Shown here one piece after another: positions 13,872 through 27,318 of a stretch of 64,000 bases of DNA (position 1 is its first letter; each line of letters starts with the position of its first letter). This DNA is from Sphyrna mokarran (taxonomy: Eukaryota), in NCBI GenBank assembly GCA_024679065.1, contig JAGIQG010000008.1, forward strand, positions 27,466,001-27,530,000, read 5' to 3'. A program made the position numbers and the translations under genes. The notes beneath the pieces were generated by a model. That model was not told where the DNA came from. It did no database searches and saw nothing but the letters and a program-made list of their open reading frames with translations.

Positions 13872-14560
13872 ATGATGAGGTTGTGCAGCATGCTGCTGGC
13901 TACCAGGAATTGACACACATGTGCAGCCAAGTACTGTAGTGCCCTTCTGGATTAGATCAAGCAATGGAATCATCGAATGTGTGCGACAGTACAGCTTTAG
14001 TATTATGCACACTGTGCATGGGTTACACAACTGAGTTGCGAGTTGTCACCAGATTGCCTTTGTTGTTCATTAGCCATCTTGTGCTTTACTTAGATGGCTC
14101 AAATGCCACTGGCAGAGCAGATGGTATGACTGCTATCAGGGTACTAGGCTTCAATCTGATTGAATTGCTGCCTATGCTCACATAACAGCCGAATGTTAAG
14201 GAAATGGAAACTCTTTTGGTTCTGGTATATAAGGCAGGGTGGACATATGGTGCCCACAAAGAGAATTCACTTAAAGACAACAAGGGAAGCTTGCAATTCT
14301 AGGTCCAAAATAGTAGCGTTTGGTATCAAATCAATGTTGCAGGCTGACTGACATCATTTATTTGCACTGCAAAATTCCAACAGAAATCCACCGTTTGTGT
14401 TTGTGCAAATGGTGAACCAATATGACTTCCAGCACCATTCACTCCATAAGTGTGCACATGCACTATGGGTGTCAGTTCGGAACTCTTAAGTGCATTCACA
14501 GCACTCAAAAAAAATCAATGCTGATAAGCCCAATTTCTCACCCATGGCCTTATTCAATTA
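13872..14560 (-). mobile_element. Decayed PIF/Harbinger transposase relic
   Basis: The minus strand reads QNQKSFHFLNIRLLCEH (about 14175-14225, cf. NRKGFHSLNVQxVCDH). It also reads FHCLI*SRRALQY...FLVASSMLHN (about 13880-13970, cf. RFRCLDxSGGALQY...CCxLHN). Confidence 0.8.
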
Positions 14561-17174
14561 CATCTCCCAACATTGGGAACAATGGTTATCACCATTTTGT
14601 CTCTGTCTATGGGTACATCTAAAACGTGCAATAGTACTGGTTAACTGGAGAGAATAAGACATTCTCATTGCAGTGAAGAACAGGGCGTGGTGAGCTCACA
14701 TGACTGGAGGCCCCTGTTCTGTCTGCTGAAGACAGGACTCCAAGACCACTTTTTCAAAAGAAGACCAGTCTGTGCTTTAAATGTTGCTCATATCACAACA
14801 TCAGCACTAAAGGAAAAAAACTGAAACAAGTTTGCATTTGTCCACACCTTAAACCAATACCACAATATGCCAATAAAGGAAGTAACTTGGGTAACTACAG
14901 CACTGAGAGTATTATGAGGAATAAACATTGGAAGCAGCTATAGGGCTATGGGGAGAATGCAAAGCAGTAAAAGCAGTTTTGAATTGCTCAAGCAAAGAAC
15001 CAACACAAACATCATGTGCTAATTTGTCTTTCTGTACTACAAACCTCCATGCCTCTAACTTATTAACAGCTCCACTATCATCAGCTAGAAAGCATAATAT
15101 TACACAAGGATATCAAATCCATTGGAAAATTAGCCAGTACCATTACCACCCACAAAACCATTCTTTCTGTAGCACTGAAAACACATTCAAATGCAGACAA
15201 ATGGTTTTTCTCCTTGCCACCATAGAGGTAATCTCCTGGAGTCAATCACCCGCCAATTATACAACAGGCACAACAGTCATTCCAAATAGGGAAGACAAAA
15301 TTCTAAGTACATATTTGTAGTACTGTATGTAAGATTTTTTTACATTAAAAAACAGTGAAATCACATATTTTAGCTTCATAAAAATAGTCAATATATACAG
15401 ATGAAATAATAATGCCACACAATCCTGGCTGCATACATCAAGATATTCCACTAGCACAGGGTTGAAAATGGAAAATAAATCTGTGGGAAAGGGAGTGGTA
15501 GTTGCCTGTTTCGAGCTACTGTCCAAGACCAATTTCACCCCTTTAATCTTAAAATTTTAACTTCTTTTTACATCAATAGCTTTTTTCATTAAGCTCAATG
15601 TGTCCTGGCTTCCAACCATTTGTACCCCTAAAGTGGCAAAATCTTTATCTTGCTCCTCTTAATTTTAATTCACGCAAACCCTTTCCCCTGCTCTTGTTGC
15701 AATTAGATTCTGTCACAGACATCTTCAAAACAGGACCGAGAAAATGTGATTGATTAAACTAATTTAGCAGTAGGAGTGTAACAGAGAGGGAAAATGTTTG
15801 CCTTAATTGCAAGCAAAATGATTATTATTGCTGAGGGAAAACTTTTCCTTTCCCTCTCTAAAGAAGAATTTATTTTAAACATACGTTGAGAAAGTAAACA
15901 GATAAAAAAACTGGATCAATATTAATTTAACTTCTGAAGGTGAAAGATAGCAACATGGAAATCCATACAGAAATGTTAACCAAATCATTACCGTTTATAT
16001 TTTAATCTTGATATTTTAGTGATATTTAATAGTGATTTTTAATTATTTTTCAATCATTTCTTGTTAGGTAAATTTATTGACAAATGATTTGAGCCCTCCT
16101 TTGGTTCAGTTTGACAACAGTAAGAAAAGTCCTCGAGATGTTCGGGAAGTTTACTGGTGCTTTGGTTCATGTCTACAGTTGCCAATCCTACACATTTTGC
16201 TGACAACAGTGCAATGATAAATCTATCAACAATTATTTAAACTGTTCAACATATGTGTGTGCACACAAAACATGGCATAACTGACACTTTAGTTGTTTCC
16301 ATTATTCATTAGGTATGCAATCATTGTCCTCGTGAAAAGGGAGAAGAGCTGTTTTGTCAGTTTTATCAGTCTGACTTAATGCCGAGATGACTTGATAATG
16401 CAATTTGATGTGACATGTCATCAGATTGTGCATTTGTAAACAAAAAATGTTTTTCAAAAACTTTTTAAGTGAAGATGTTGCTTCTTTAACAACCATATTT
16501 TGTGGAATTTTGTATTTCAGCGCATCATTTACTATCATTTTTGTGATGGTCTGCTAATATTTCCATGAATATCCTCTCAACATGTTTAGGAAAACACCTT
16601 TGCATTTTCCAACATTATTTCCATATTAACAGTTTGCTACTCCACTTTTCCAAGTTAAAAAACATTAAGATAGTGTACACATATCATAACCCTCATAAAT
16701 CAAATTCTTCCACATAGATCAAAATATTTAATAAACAGTTGTATAGAAAGAGTAGTATTTGCACAGATCAATAATGCAGGTTAAAAATGATTTCATTCAA
16801 GTTATTTCATGATCATACATGTACAATGTCTCAGCCAGGAAAGAATATTCATTTTTGAGTGAAAGATCACTTTTTCATAACCTTTAGTTATAAGATATAG
16901 GCAAGAGTATAATATAAAATTATGTTTTTTTAAAATAAAGTCTGTTCTCAAATTAAATCAAAAATGCATTGTGAACAATCATATGTACATTGCCATATAA
17001 GTTACAATATCTCCTCAAAGATAACTATTATATTTTACATTTCAAAGTCTCGATCGTTGTAATTAATCTTAGAGCTTTCAGACCGTCTACCAAAGTGACA
17101 GGAGTACTATATGCACAAGATTGAATTTTCCCCTTCCTAAACAACTTGAATTCGAAGGTTACTTAGTGTTACAA

Positions 17175-17322
17175 NNNNNNNNNNNNNNNNNNNNNNNNNN
17201 NNNNNNNNNNNNNNNNNNNNNNNNNNNNNNNNNNNNNNNNNNNNNNNNNNNNNNNNNNNNNNNNNNNNNNNNNNNNNNNNNNNNNNNNNNNNNNNNNNNN
17301 NNNNNNNNNNNNNNNNNNNNNN
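17175..17322. other. N-run, 148 nt
   Basis: Directly observed. Confidence 0.99.
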
Positions 17323-18204
17323 TCATGCTATCTCTTGCAGCTGCAACTGTGAATTAAACATGCCTTACTGCATATTATAATTTTGGACAAATTGTGCTCT
17401 CACTAACACTCATAGAACTTCATGTTTTTGCATCTACTACTGACCAGTACAGTGAGCTTGCTTTATGTATATATTCCATTTAAAAATCATTATTTATTGT
17501 TTACTGACATGTGCAGCTGCCATTATGTGATCCATTCATTAAACTAATGTTTAGAGCTGTAGCCAATATAGTGAAAAAAGCACAGATCTGGTCAACAAGC
17601 TTTTAGAGTCTGTTTATAGAACATTGCAAAATATTTGTTGAGTGGTGAAGTGTATTAGCTTTGTTGGTCTAATGTAGCTGTGTGTGTCACCATGTGCATT
17701 GTTTGAGCTATTATTCTTTATTTCTTTTAAGCACAGCAGTTTATTTTTAACATTGTCTTTATTTCATTAGTTATAGAAAGCAGTCCAAACCACCATAACA
17801 AAAAGTAAAACAGGCTGAAGTTATTAGATATAGTTTTTAGGATTTATTCCAAAAAAAATGACATCATTAATGCAGAATGACAATTTAAATAATGAAATGT
17901 CTTAAACTTTAAAATTAGAAAACACAGGATTTGTTATGTTGGTGAAACAAGTTTATCATTGATTGGTAATAAGTAGAATTGATGCACTTCAGGTTATGTC
18001 CCAACATTCTCTACTTGCACTCACCACCAAAGGCAGCTACCATAATTCAGCTTCTGAACTGAAAGCTAACATTATATATACAATAAACAGGATATGGTGC
18101 AGCTGAGGATAAGTAGTTACCCTTTTACCATTAAATTATATCAGGAACTGTCATATCCAGTATGTGATCCTGATCCTTCTAACAGGTGGAAGAAACATGC
18201 TTCC

Positions 18205-18940
18205 AGATGGGGTATTTTGTGGAAGTAACATGGGTCTTGTCCACTGGCTGGAGCATCAGTGAGGTGCTGACCTGCCCTCTTTTTGCGAAGGCTCATCACA
18301 TCTCACGTCACTCAAGTACTTAACAGACCCAACAACAAGATATATCCAGGATCAATAAACCAAGGGCAGAAATCCCACCCACTGACTGTTGCCTGAAAGT
18401 TTAGCAACACTTCTGTCCTCAGCTACATTAGCAGAGAAGCAGTGGCTGCTAGTGGTCTGATACCTACCCGAGGCAGATCACCAAGGAACCCCGGCACAGA
18501 TGACTGATGGGAGGTAGGGGCTCATGGGGTGGATGTTGCAGGCATGGGGAGAGGGAGGAAGGTGATTAGCAGCAAGGACAGGGGGTGGTTTCCAAGGTCC
18601 CATCATCATTCCAATTTCAGGCCCTTAATTTCTTCAACCAAGAAACCTCCCGAGAGTCCACAAGCAAACCCACACTGGTTTGTCTGCCATTCTTCTTGCA
18701 CGACAGGTCTCCCACCCACTGCAGGATTAATAGCGGTAGAATGAGGCCTTTGACAGAACATGATTTGCCTACTTGATGGTCTCAAGGTTGGCAGCAGAGT
18801 TGGATAGTCATTCATGGAATTTCCTGACAATCAGGATGAAGGCAACAAGACGGTGAGGTCCCCATCTTCCACCCTCCCACCTAATTAAATACCACACCAT
18901 CATCAAACCTGCTATGGGAAAAAGCATAGGATTATTCCCT
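18205..18940. mobile_element. Old GC-richer MITE-like repeat
   Basis: Composition shift against the AT-rich flanks. Loose internal similarity to 28380-28920 and 55650-56570. TIRs are not clean. Confidence 0.35.
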
Positions 18941-20049
18941 ATAATTTTAAACAGAAATTGCTTATTATCTAAATTGCTTATTAAAAACATATAGAAGAAA
19001 AATACATCAATTAATAAACAAGAATACCCGTTAACTTAAAGTTTCAAAACAATAAAAATTCCAAATATTAGCACTTCGAAGAAGAAACCTTTGAACGTTA
19101 GTCCTAGGTGACAATTATTGTGTGTGAAGTAATTCCTCACCGTGTTCTTTTTCATACCCAACGCGTGTAATGGCACACCCTGTTATATATTAAATATATA
19201 CACACATATGCATACACACTGCACAATGGAAAATGTTGAAATCAAATGAATTCATTACAACTAACTTCAATTGTTCCATTTCAATTTTTTCCACAATATG
19301 GTTGTAAATTAAACTTTAATAAACTACTAGTCAAGCAAATAAAATATTTGATTGAAACCAATTAACTTATTTTCAAAATACAGTTGGCAAATATATCATT
19401 GTGGTTTCCCAGCTTCACTAAAAATTCATAAAAAGCTAAATAGAACAACATTTTATGATCTGACTTATGATGGAAATTTGTATCGGTCACAAACCCTCAA
19501 ATCAGGATGATGGTTCTTGATTTTGCATCAATTATGTATGCTTGTGAGAACCATTTTCATTGTTGTGTATGAACTGCCCAAAGCCATGTTGAAAAGTTTG
19601 TCCAGTCTCAATATTCTATTTAAAATTCTACTTGGAATATATATTTTCTTTCTAGTTAACATCTCCTGCAGCTTATGATCTGGCATTTTTTTTTTAGACA
19701 CTACAGGATTGGCATGCATTGCCTATATACCCTTTTGGTTAAATGTCCTTGATCAGGCAAGGCACACTACACTGTAATGTGGCAAAAGAGCTGTGAATTG
19801 AATGAATCTGATGACTTGTCCCTGAATAACCAATTTCACGTTCACATGATTAAATGGTTCAGTAATCAGATTGCTGTAAGGTCAGCGCATTCCACCTATC
19901 TCCACATAGCTTCTCATATGTGAAAACATAACACTGAAACCTTCTGAATTTTACATGCCTGATACCACCCATAGAAAACTCATGAAATACTAGTGGTTGA
20001 ATTTCTAGTATTTCTGCCAGAATTTCTACTAGTATTTCAGGTTCCACTA

Positions 20050-23000
20050 CCTGAAGAACAACAATAGCAGCTTTCCTTCGACCAGCCAGTCTGTTGCTCC
20101 CATGTACAATGCTACTAAATTAGTGCCAGCTATGTTGTACGGCACTGACTGTTTCTTTTGGCCTAGCTCAGTCAATATTAATTTGGCCACCACCTTCTCA
20201 ATAATTCAGTCACCATCGAATAGAACACCAAATTATGTATATGTTAAAGCCACCAACCAGGGTGGATGCCTATGTTAGACTTTGGCTAGAGACAAATCTA
20301 TTCTTCTCAGCAGTCATAAGGGTAATGCTAGTGTTTATACATTAGGAAGTATCTGATCATTCTAACATCAGACACATACTTGGTAGTTGGCCACTTATTC
20401 TCCATAATGAGATGTAATTGTCATGTTGAATTCTCTGCATTTGCGTTAGCGTAATGCCAGTAATGTCTAACGGCAGTACTCAGTCTCCCTAGTTTAGATA
20501 GTACCTGCTTTGTGCTCCACTCACTGTACATTCTTATTCATTGAAATTCAAGCATAGCAGACAAGGGTAGCCATGGACGAATGAGATGTCGTGCATGGTT
20601 GTCTCAACCGGAATTGACAATGTTTCTGAGGTTGACTCAGTGTTGAAGTGTTCTCCACTGGGGTACTGCCCTCCCTAATTTGTCTATCAGCGTTCCCATG
20701 CAGATGTGACAGATAATACTTTGTGTAAATGTGTGTACTGACAATAGCAATGCCTACACTTCTACATCCTGCTTGCTTCCAGTGATGGAATCCAGTATGG
20801 AGGTCCAAAAATCGTTGTTAGTGGATAGCAGTCCATCAAAAAAGTAAATTGTCCCCGATGCAGGAATTGATAAAAAGGCTTCATTCCAAAAATGATTCCT
20901 AGTGCTTCTTTCTCTATCTGTGCATAATTGATTTCTGCTTTATTCAAGGACCTTGATACAAAAGCAATCAGTTTCTCTTCACTTGTGTGCATTGTGTGGG
21001 AAGCCACCATCCCACAAGCTGATACTTCACATGCCAGGTGCAAGGGTAAATTTGGATCAAAGGTGTGTCAGGATTTCTGACTTTACTAGTGTCTTCTTTA
21101 TTTATACAAAGAACTAATCCAACTAACCATTTCCAGTTTCCGTTTAGACAATAAATTATGTAAGGATTTAAGGATGGTTTGATTTTATTTATTATCACAT
21201 GGATTAGTATACAGTGAAAAGTTTGTTTCTTGCATGCTGTACAGATAAAGCATGCTGTACATAAAGAAGGAAAGGAGAAAGATCAACTTTTTGCAAGGTA
21301 GGTCCGTTTGAAAGTCTGATGGCAGCAAGCTGTTCTTGAATCAGTTGGTACATGATGTCCTCAGACACTTGTATCTTTTTCCCAATGGAAAATTATGTCC
21401 GGGGTGCATCAGGTTTTTAATTATGCTGGCTGTTTTTCCAAAGCAGCAAGTAGTATGGACAGTGTAATGGATGGTGGGATAGTTTAAGTGGTGGGCTGGG
21501 CTTCATTTACGACTCTTTGTAGATTCTTGTGGTCTTGGAGAGATCAGGAGCCATACCAGCTTTGATACAACTAGAATTTCTATGGTGCATCTGTAAGTTA
21601 GTGAGAATCATAGCTGACATGCGAAATTTCCTTAGTTTTCTGAGAAAGTGGAGGCAATGGTAGGTTTTCTTAACTATTGTGTCAGCATGGGGAGAACCAG
21701 GTCACATTGTTAGCAACCTGGATCCTTAAAAACTTGAAGCTCTTGACACTTCTACTTTATCACTAGTGATATAGACAGGGGCATGTGCTATGCTTTCTGA
21801 AATTGATAACTATCTCCTTTGTTTTGCTGACACTGAGGGAAAGATTATTGTCGCTGCACTAGTTCATCAGATTCTCTGTTTCTTTCCTGTCCTCAGTCTT
21901 GTCATTGTATGACATCTAACACACAATGGTGGTGTCATCAGCAAACTTGAAAACCGAGTTGGAGGGGAATTTGGCCACACAGTCATCAGTGTATAAGGAG
22001 GCTGATGACCCAGGCCTGTGGGGTAGCCGAGTTAGGGACAAACATTCCATAATAAATTTAGTAGGCCTAAGAAGACCAAAGATGATTGACATTTTGAGGT
22101 GTAGATATTTGATCAAAGAAAATTTTACATTTGTCTTGCAGGACTCTCCATTTTCTAATCTCTGGAGTTTGGATCCAGAATGTGGAAATGTTCTTCCTCA
22201 TTCTTTCCAGTTACTAAGATATTGTCTAAGTTACAGTGGACTCCTTCTAATCTGCTTAAAGTGTGATACATTGCATGTTGGAATAACATACGTGCAGATG
22301 TGAAGCCAAATGGTAGTCTTTTATATTGAAATAACCTTTGTGTGTCACGATTGTCAAATATTGTTGTGAATCTGGATCCCTGTTCATCTGACTAAGGTCA
22401 ATTTTACTGAAGTGTTGGCCTCCAGTCAACCCAACGAATAAATCATCAGAGGCAGAGGATATGGTTCTAGACAGTACAGGATTGATATTGACTTTTAAAT
22501 CACCACAAATGCAAACCAATCCATCTTCTTTCATTACATGTACAGTGTGGCCCAATCACTCATTAACAGGTTGAGGACTCCCATTTTGACCAGCATCTCT
22601 AATTCTGCCTGTACCACAGGTCTGATTGTATATAGCACATAGGCATGATGCTTAAAGGCTATGTCAAACTTTTGTTCTTATTCATTAATTAACTGAGATA
22701 TCTAACAGCTCACCATTGAAGACAATGGTATGTGTCTTCAAGACCTTTGGTAAGCCTGATCTTGAGAATCTGCACTGAGATTTACTTCAGCCCAAATTAA
22801 TCTGATCTTTTCCTGCCAGGTTCTTCTTCTTAGTTCTGGATAATTTCCTTTAATCATGTACAAGGACAAATCTGCACTGTCCATTCAACTGCATAACTAC
22901 ATAAATGCAGCCCCGCAACATAACCACTTCTCTTATATAGGGTTTTAACACTACTGCTGAGTGTTTCAGGGCAATATGTCGAAGCCTTTCCTTGGTAAGC

Positions 23001-24290
23001 AGTTTATTTTATCAATGAAACTGCAATTCCTGTGTCCATCTCCATTTTCACTAATTATGCATCCAGTAAAGGAGTGACCCAGTAATGGCTTGTTGCAGTG
23101 CATTTAATGACAGTTCATCTTTGGACTGTGACTCAAGTCCTTTTTCACATCTTTTTAACTACGTGGATACTTTCCCTCTTGGTTTTGGTTTTTGTAATTC
23201 TGACCTGAAATTAGTTTCTTTTTCCAACAAGCACATTTGATGCGATTTTTTTGACACAATTCCTGCACGTCGTCTTTGGACCAACAATCTGCTATTGAAT
23301 ACCTGGATTTTGCAATTTTATGTCCACCAAATACCAATTGTGGGAGTACTTCTGTTTGACCAACATTTTCTGAATTCTTGTGCTCAAACTCAACTGTTGA
23401 GCTTCTATAGCCGTTAATTCCATGGATAAGTACAGCAATTTTCAAAACTTTCTTTTGGGTTAGGTTGTGTTCTGTTAACAATCAACTTTGAACAGCCTCA
23501 TTCTTTTAGCCACAAACTAATCTATTTCTAATGGTGTCGTTCAAGACATCCTCAAATTCACAGTTTCAGTTACTGTCTTCAAAATATAGCTAAAAGCTGT
23601 ATGATCCATTCATCTTCTTGTCGATTATACTTATGAAACCTAAATCTTACAAGTAATGACCAAAGATTTTGGTGACTAGTGGCCCTGTAATATTTTCACT
23701 ATTTCATGCTTGGCTTTTCCAGCTCTACAAGACATCACAGGAGGTTAAATGTCACCCCCCCTCTGCCCCGTCTCTGCCATTATCTTGTTCACTTGGACAA
23801 AATAGTTGATGTGTTGTGCAAATGGGCTCCATAACTTTGTAGTCTCATCAAAAAGTCCAGGATGTCAAAAACTCCTGCCATTTTTACTGTGGTAAGGGTC
23901 TACAGGATCACAATGGACCACAGATTTTCAGCACTATCTTCCTTCTTTTCTCTCCAGAGAAAGGCAAACTCAAGCTCAGCTGGCCTTCCTTTGTGTTTTG
24001 TTGTTGTTGAGGGATATTTGCTATCCAGGGTGTTCTCAACGTTGCTACAGATCTTTTAAGTCAGAGCACATGACGAGCCTCCTTCAAAAGTTGCTTTCTT
24101 TTCGATTATTTTTTGGTTCCTCCAGTGGCTGCAACCACTGTTCAGCATGCCTCCATCGCCAGTTTTCATGTAGCAATGATTTTAATCATCGACTCTTTTG
24201 TTGAATGTCTACAATGCTGTTGGACTTTATCAAGTCTTTTCTTTTGGATGGCTGCAAGTTGGTCTGAGCACCTTGTCACCAGTTTTCTAC
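20050..24290 (-). mobile_element. Decayed Ty3/Gypsy LTR retrotransposon internal region (gag-PR-RT-RNaseH)
   Basis: RNase H: IAFVSRSLNKAEINYAQIEKEALGIIFG (20762-21043). RT: ICGDLKVNINPVL...FSKIDLSQ...QYLTIVTHKG (22256-22555). Protease-like MEMDTG near 23030-23050. Gag: LTEHNLTQKKVLKIAV (23155-23481). PBS-like tggtgacaag at 24272-24281 on the minus strand. Many stops and frameshifts. Confidence 0.9.
21175..22000 (-). mobile_element. Rex1/Babar-type LINE 3' fragment nested in Gypsy pol
   Basis: Reads SLYTDDCVAKFPSNSVFKFADDTTIV (21916-22000). The Gypsy connection-domain motif (FLGLLNYY..FVPN / LNPLHNLL) is split across the two sides. Confidence 0.85.
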
Positions 24291-24469
24291 CTAGTGGTTT
24301 TAAAAGGTTGGTTGAAAGGCTCGAAGGTTAATTGAAAGGCTGCAAAGATAGGCTGCCCGTTTACCCATGCAAACAACTGATGGCATCATCAGTGATGTCG
24401 TGATTGGTCTCTCAAAGTTCCCTGTTCCAAGGCAAAGCTGCTAGTAAGGAAACACTGGAAATAATATGA

Positions 24470-24650
24470 ATACATAACAAATATTATTCACTTATTGAAT
24501 GTGACATAGAAACTTGCTGTGTGCAAATTGGCTGCCGTACTTCCTACATTACACCAGTGATGAGACTTCAAAAAACATTTCATTCTGTAAGCATTCTATG
24601 ATGTCTGGTGGACATAAAAAGTGCGATTAAATTGAAAATCTCCCTTCCTT
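24470..24650 (+). mobile_element. Deu-domain SINE 3' fragment
   Basis: cttgctgtgtgcaaattggctgccgtacttcctacattacaccagtga...cttcaaaa matches the Deu-domain/tail pattern. Related to 42152-42587. Confidence 0.7.
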
Positions 24651-26459
24651 TTAATCTCTGAAAAGATACTGAATTTCCATCATTTTTTCAAATAGACAAA
24701 AGGAAATACCAAGTCTTCAGACCATATATTTTAGGTTGACGTGCTAATTGTTTGTTAGGAGGGCAGAATACACAAAAGGCACAGTGAAAAATACTTAAAT
24801 GTTGGACTATATGCTTCAAATCATTACAAGTTACAAACTGTTCTGGACATGTAAAGAGTGCAATAAAATAAGTAAGAGAAGGATATAAAACACCAGTTTG
24901 GTTACATGGTTCTCTTTGGTGTCCAAGTTGGCACAATATCTGATAAAAAAAGGTATCCTTCACAATTAATCAAAAGTGCTCTATTTTGGATTAATTGATG
25001 CAGTTCCAAGCAGAGACAAAAGGAATTTGTAAATGTAAATAACTTCAAAAACAATGAGCCTAATCAAACAAGATTCGACTTAATTAGATTTGGAACTCAG
25101 ACAGCTGTTATGAGTTCACTTTATGACTCAGAAACCAATTATTTCTTTCAAATGTTCAGTAAGCTCTCATAGCTGCACTTCACTTGCCAGCACCTTTACC
25201 TGACTAAAAATTCAACGAAAGAAATCAAATGCAGCAACATCTTTTATGAAGGATGATGGAGCCTCACATCTGTCAAAACAATTACTGTGTGTATTATATT
25301 CACAATGACAACATTTGGATTATCTTCTTTATAAACTGCAAAACAGTAAGCCAGATATTAAGAAGAATTGATTTGAGATTACCACTGCCCTATTGCTAGA
25401 CATTATAGAACAGCTATCGTCCCCATCATATGTCAGCTAAATTAGAGAGGACTATGCGACAGTACAAAAGACATAGACCATAGAAACTGAGAAGTACTTG
25501 AAATTATTTATTCCTTTAAAGAAAATCTTTAAAAACAAAGGTAAAATTGAGAAAATAGTACTTATTTTTTATAAAATCACCACCTCCAACGGACTACCAT
25601 AATATCAATTCAAATTAGAATTCACATTCGAACGGCCATCCAATATCTTACCGAGATGATCTTTCTTCATGTGGGAGTCAAAACAGTGCGATGTGGACTA
25701 GCTATTGAATAACGGCAGTTTTACTTCACAATCATTTGAGTGCATTTTCTAGCAGCGAGTTTCACTGCATAGAAAATAAGAGCAGGAATTTAGACTAGCT
25801 CTTTTTCTCACTGCCATCCCAATGGAGATCAACTAACGAAGTTCAAAATACGCTCCAACCCAAAGCAGTCTTTACACAACACTACACAGTAAGTTAATCC
25901 ATCAATCGTGAAGTATTATCTTGGACTTTGCCTTGGGAATAATGACGAGACTAATAGTGCTCATTGTTATATTGGACTGAATCAAACAGCAACCTGGGTG
26001 ATTAAAAGTGGAATTCTGGAAGTTGTTGTACAGGTTACCCTACCCTGCTCCTCCATGGACCACTTTATAAGAATACTTCACTGTAGATTCGGCACCAAAA
26101 CCAATGAAATTGCTCTACTTACCCACTAATTACTCTCTTAACATGATAGAAGACATTAGGGGTGGTCCATTCACATGTAACTCTTTTTCATAGTGTACTA
26201 AATTATAATTTCAGCCAACTTTTCTGGTATGTAAAATTACTTTTTACAAGTATGGGACTTCATTCCTTCAAAACCCAATTATAGATGGTGTTTTTTTTAA
26301 ATCTTTTTCATCTCTCTTGTTCTCTTAACTTCATCTTTTCCCCCGCTTTGTTTTGCTTTCTATACAAGATTTAAATCAAATTTATTATTCCTGATTTATC
26401 CTAATGGCTTCATCGCTGTATGGCTTAGTGAGAATTATTCAATCTGATTAATGAAAGAT

Positions 26460-26640
26460 TCAAAGATGTGTGGGTTAGGTTGATTGGTCATGCTAAAATT
26501 GCCCTTTAGTGTCCTGAAATGTGTAGGTTAGAGGGATGAGTGGGTAAAATATGTAGAGATATGGGGGTAGTACCTGGTGGGATTGTGGTCAGTGCAGACT
26601 CGATGGGCCAAATTCTTCTTGTACTGTATTTTTTTATGAT
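26460..26640 (+). mobile_element. HE1/V-SINE 3' half
   Basis: caaagatgtgtgggttaggttgattggtcatgctaaaattgccc...gcagactcgatgggcc. Confidence 0.85.
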
Positions 26641-26889
26641 CTTCACTGCTTGTTGTTCTGTTCCCACTTGCCACGGATCATCTGTACAGGAGGGTTCTAT
26701 GCTGGATCAGACATCCAATGACAGCAAGTTACTGCTTGAAACCTTATGAAAACATTGTGGGCAGTTGTCAATGTGGTGAATGGCAAGTGCCATTTCTTCT
26801 TCATCTCAGAAGCTAAAATCTGGGCCAACATGTAAAAAAATTAATGGAGTTAATGTTAAGTCACATATATCTAAAGTTTATTTATTCAT

Positions 26890-27060
26890 GTTAGGTTGGC
26901 TGGCCATTCCAAATTACACTTTAGTGTCCCGGAACGTGGAGGTTAGAGAGATTTGCTAGGTAAATGTGTGGGGTTGTGGAAATAGGACGTGGGGTAGGAA
27001 TGTTACTGATGCAGACTTGATGGGCCAAATAGCCTGCTTCTGCACTGTCAGGTTTCTAAT
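26890..27060 (+). mobile_element. HE1/V-SINE 3' half
   Basis: gttaggttggctggccat...gcagacttgatgggccaaatagcctgcttctgcactgt. Confidence 0.8.
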
Positions 27061-27069
27061 GAAAAGAAA

Positions 27070-27318
27070 TTACATTGCAATGAAGTTACTGTTAAAATCC
27101 CTGATTCACCATACACAGGCAGCTATTCAGGTACACTGAGGTAGAACTTAGCCTGGTCAATGCACCTAACCAGTAGATCTTTTTATCTGTGGGAAAAAAA
27201 CTAGACAACTGGAACAAACCCCATGCAGATATGGAGAGAACAGATAATGACCCAAGCCAGGAATCGAACGTGGATGTCTTGCATTCTGAAGCAGCAGTGC
27301 TAACCACTGTGCCACCAC
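27070..27318 (-). mobile_element. tRNA-derived V-SINE (second tail type)
   Basis: Ends gcagcagtgctaaccactgtgccacc, the reverse complement of the tRNA A-box head. The tail gcaatgaagttactg is shared with 31615-31905 and 47615-48000. Confidence 0.85.
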
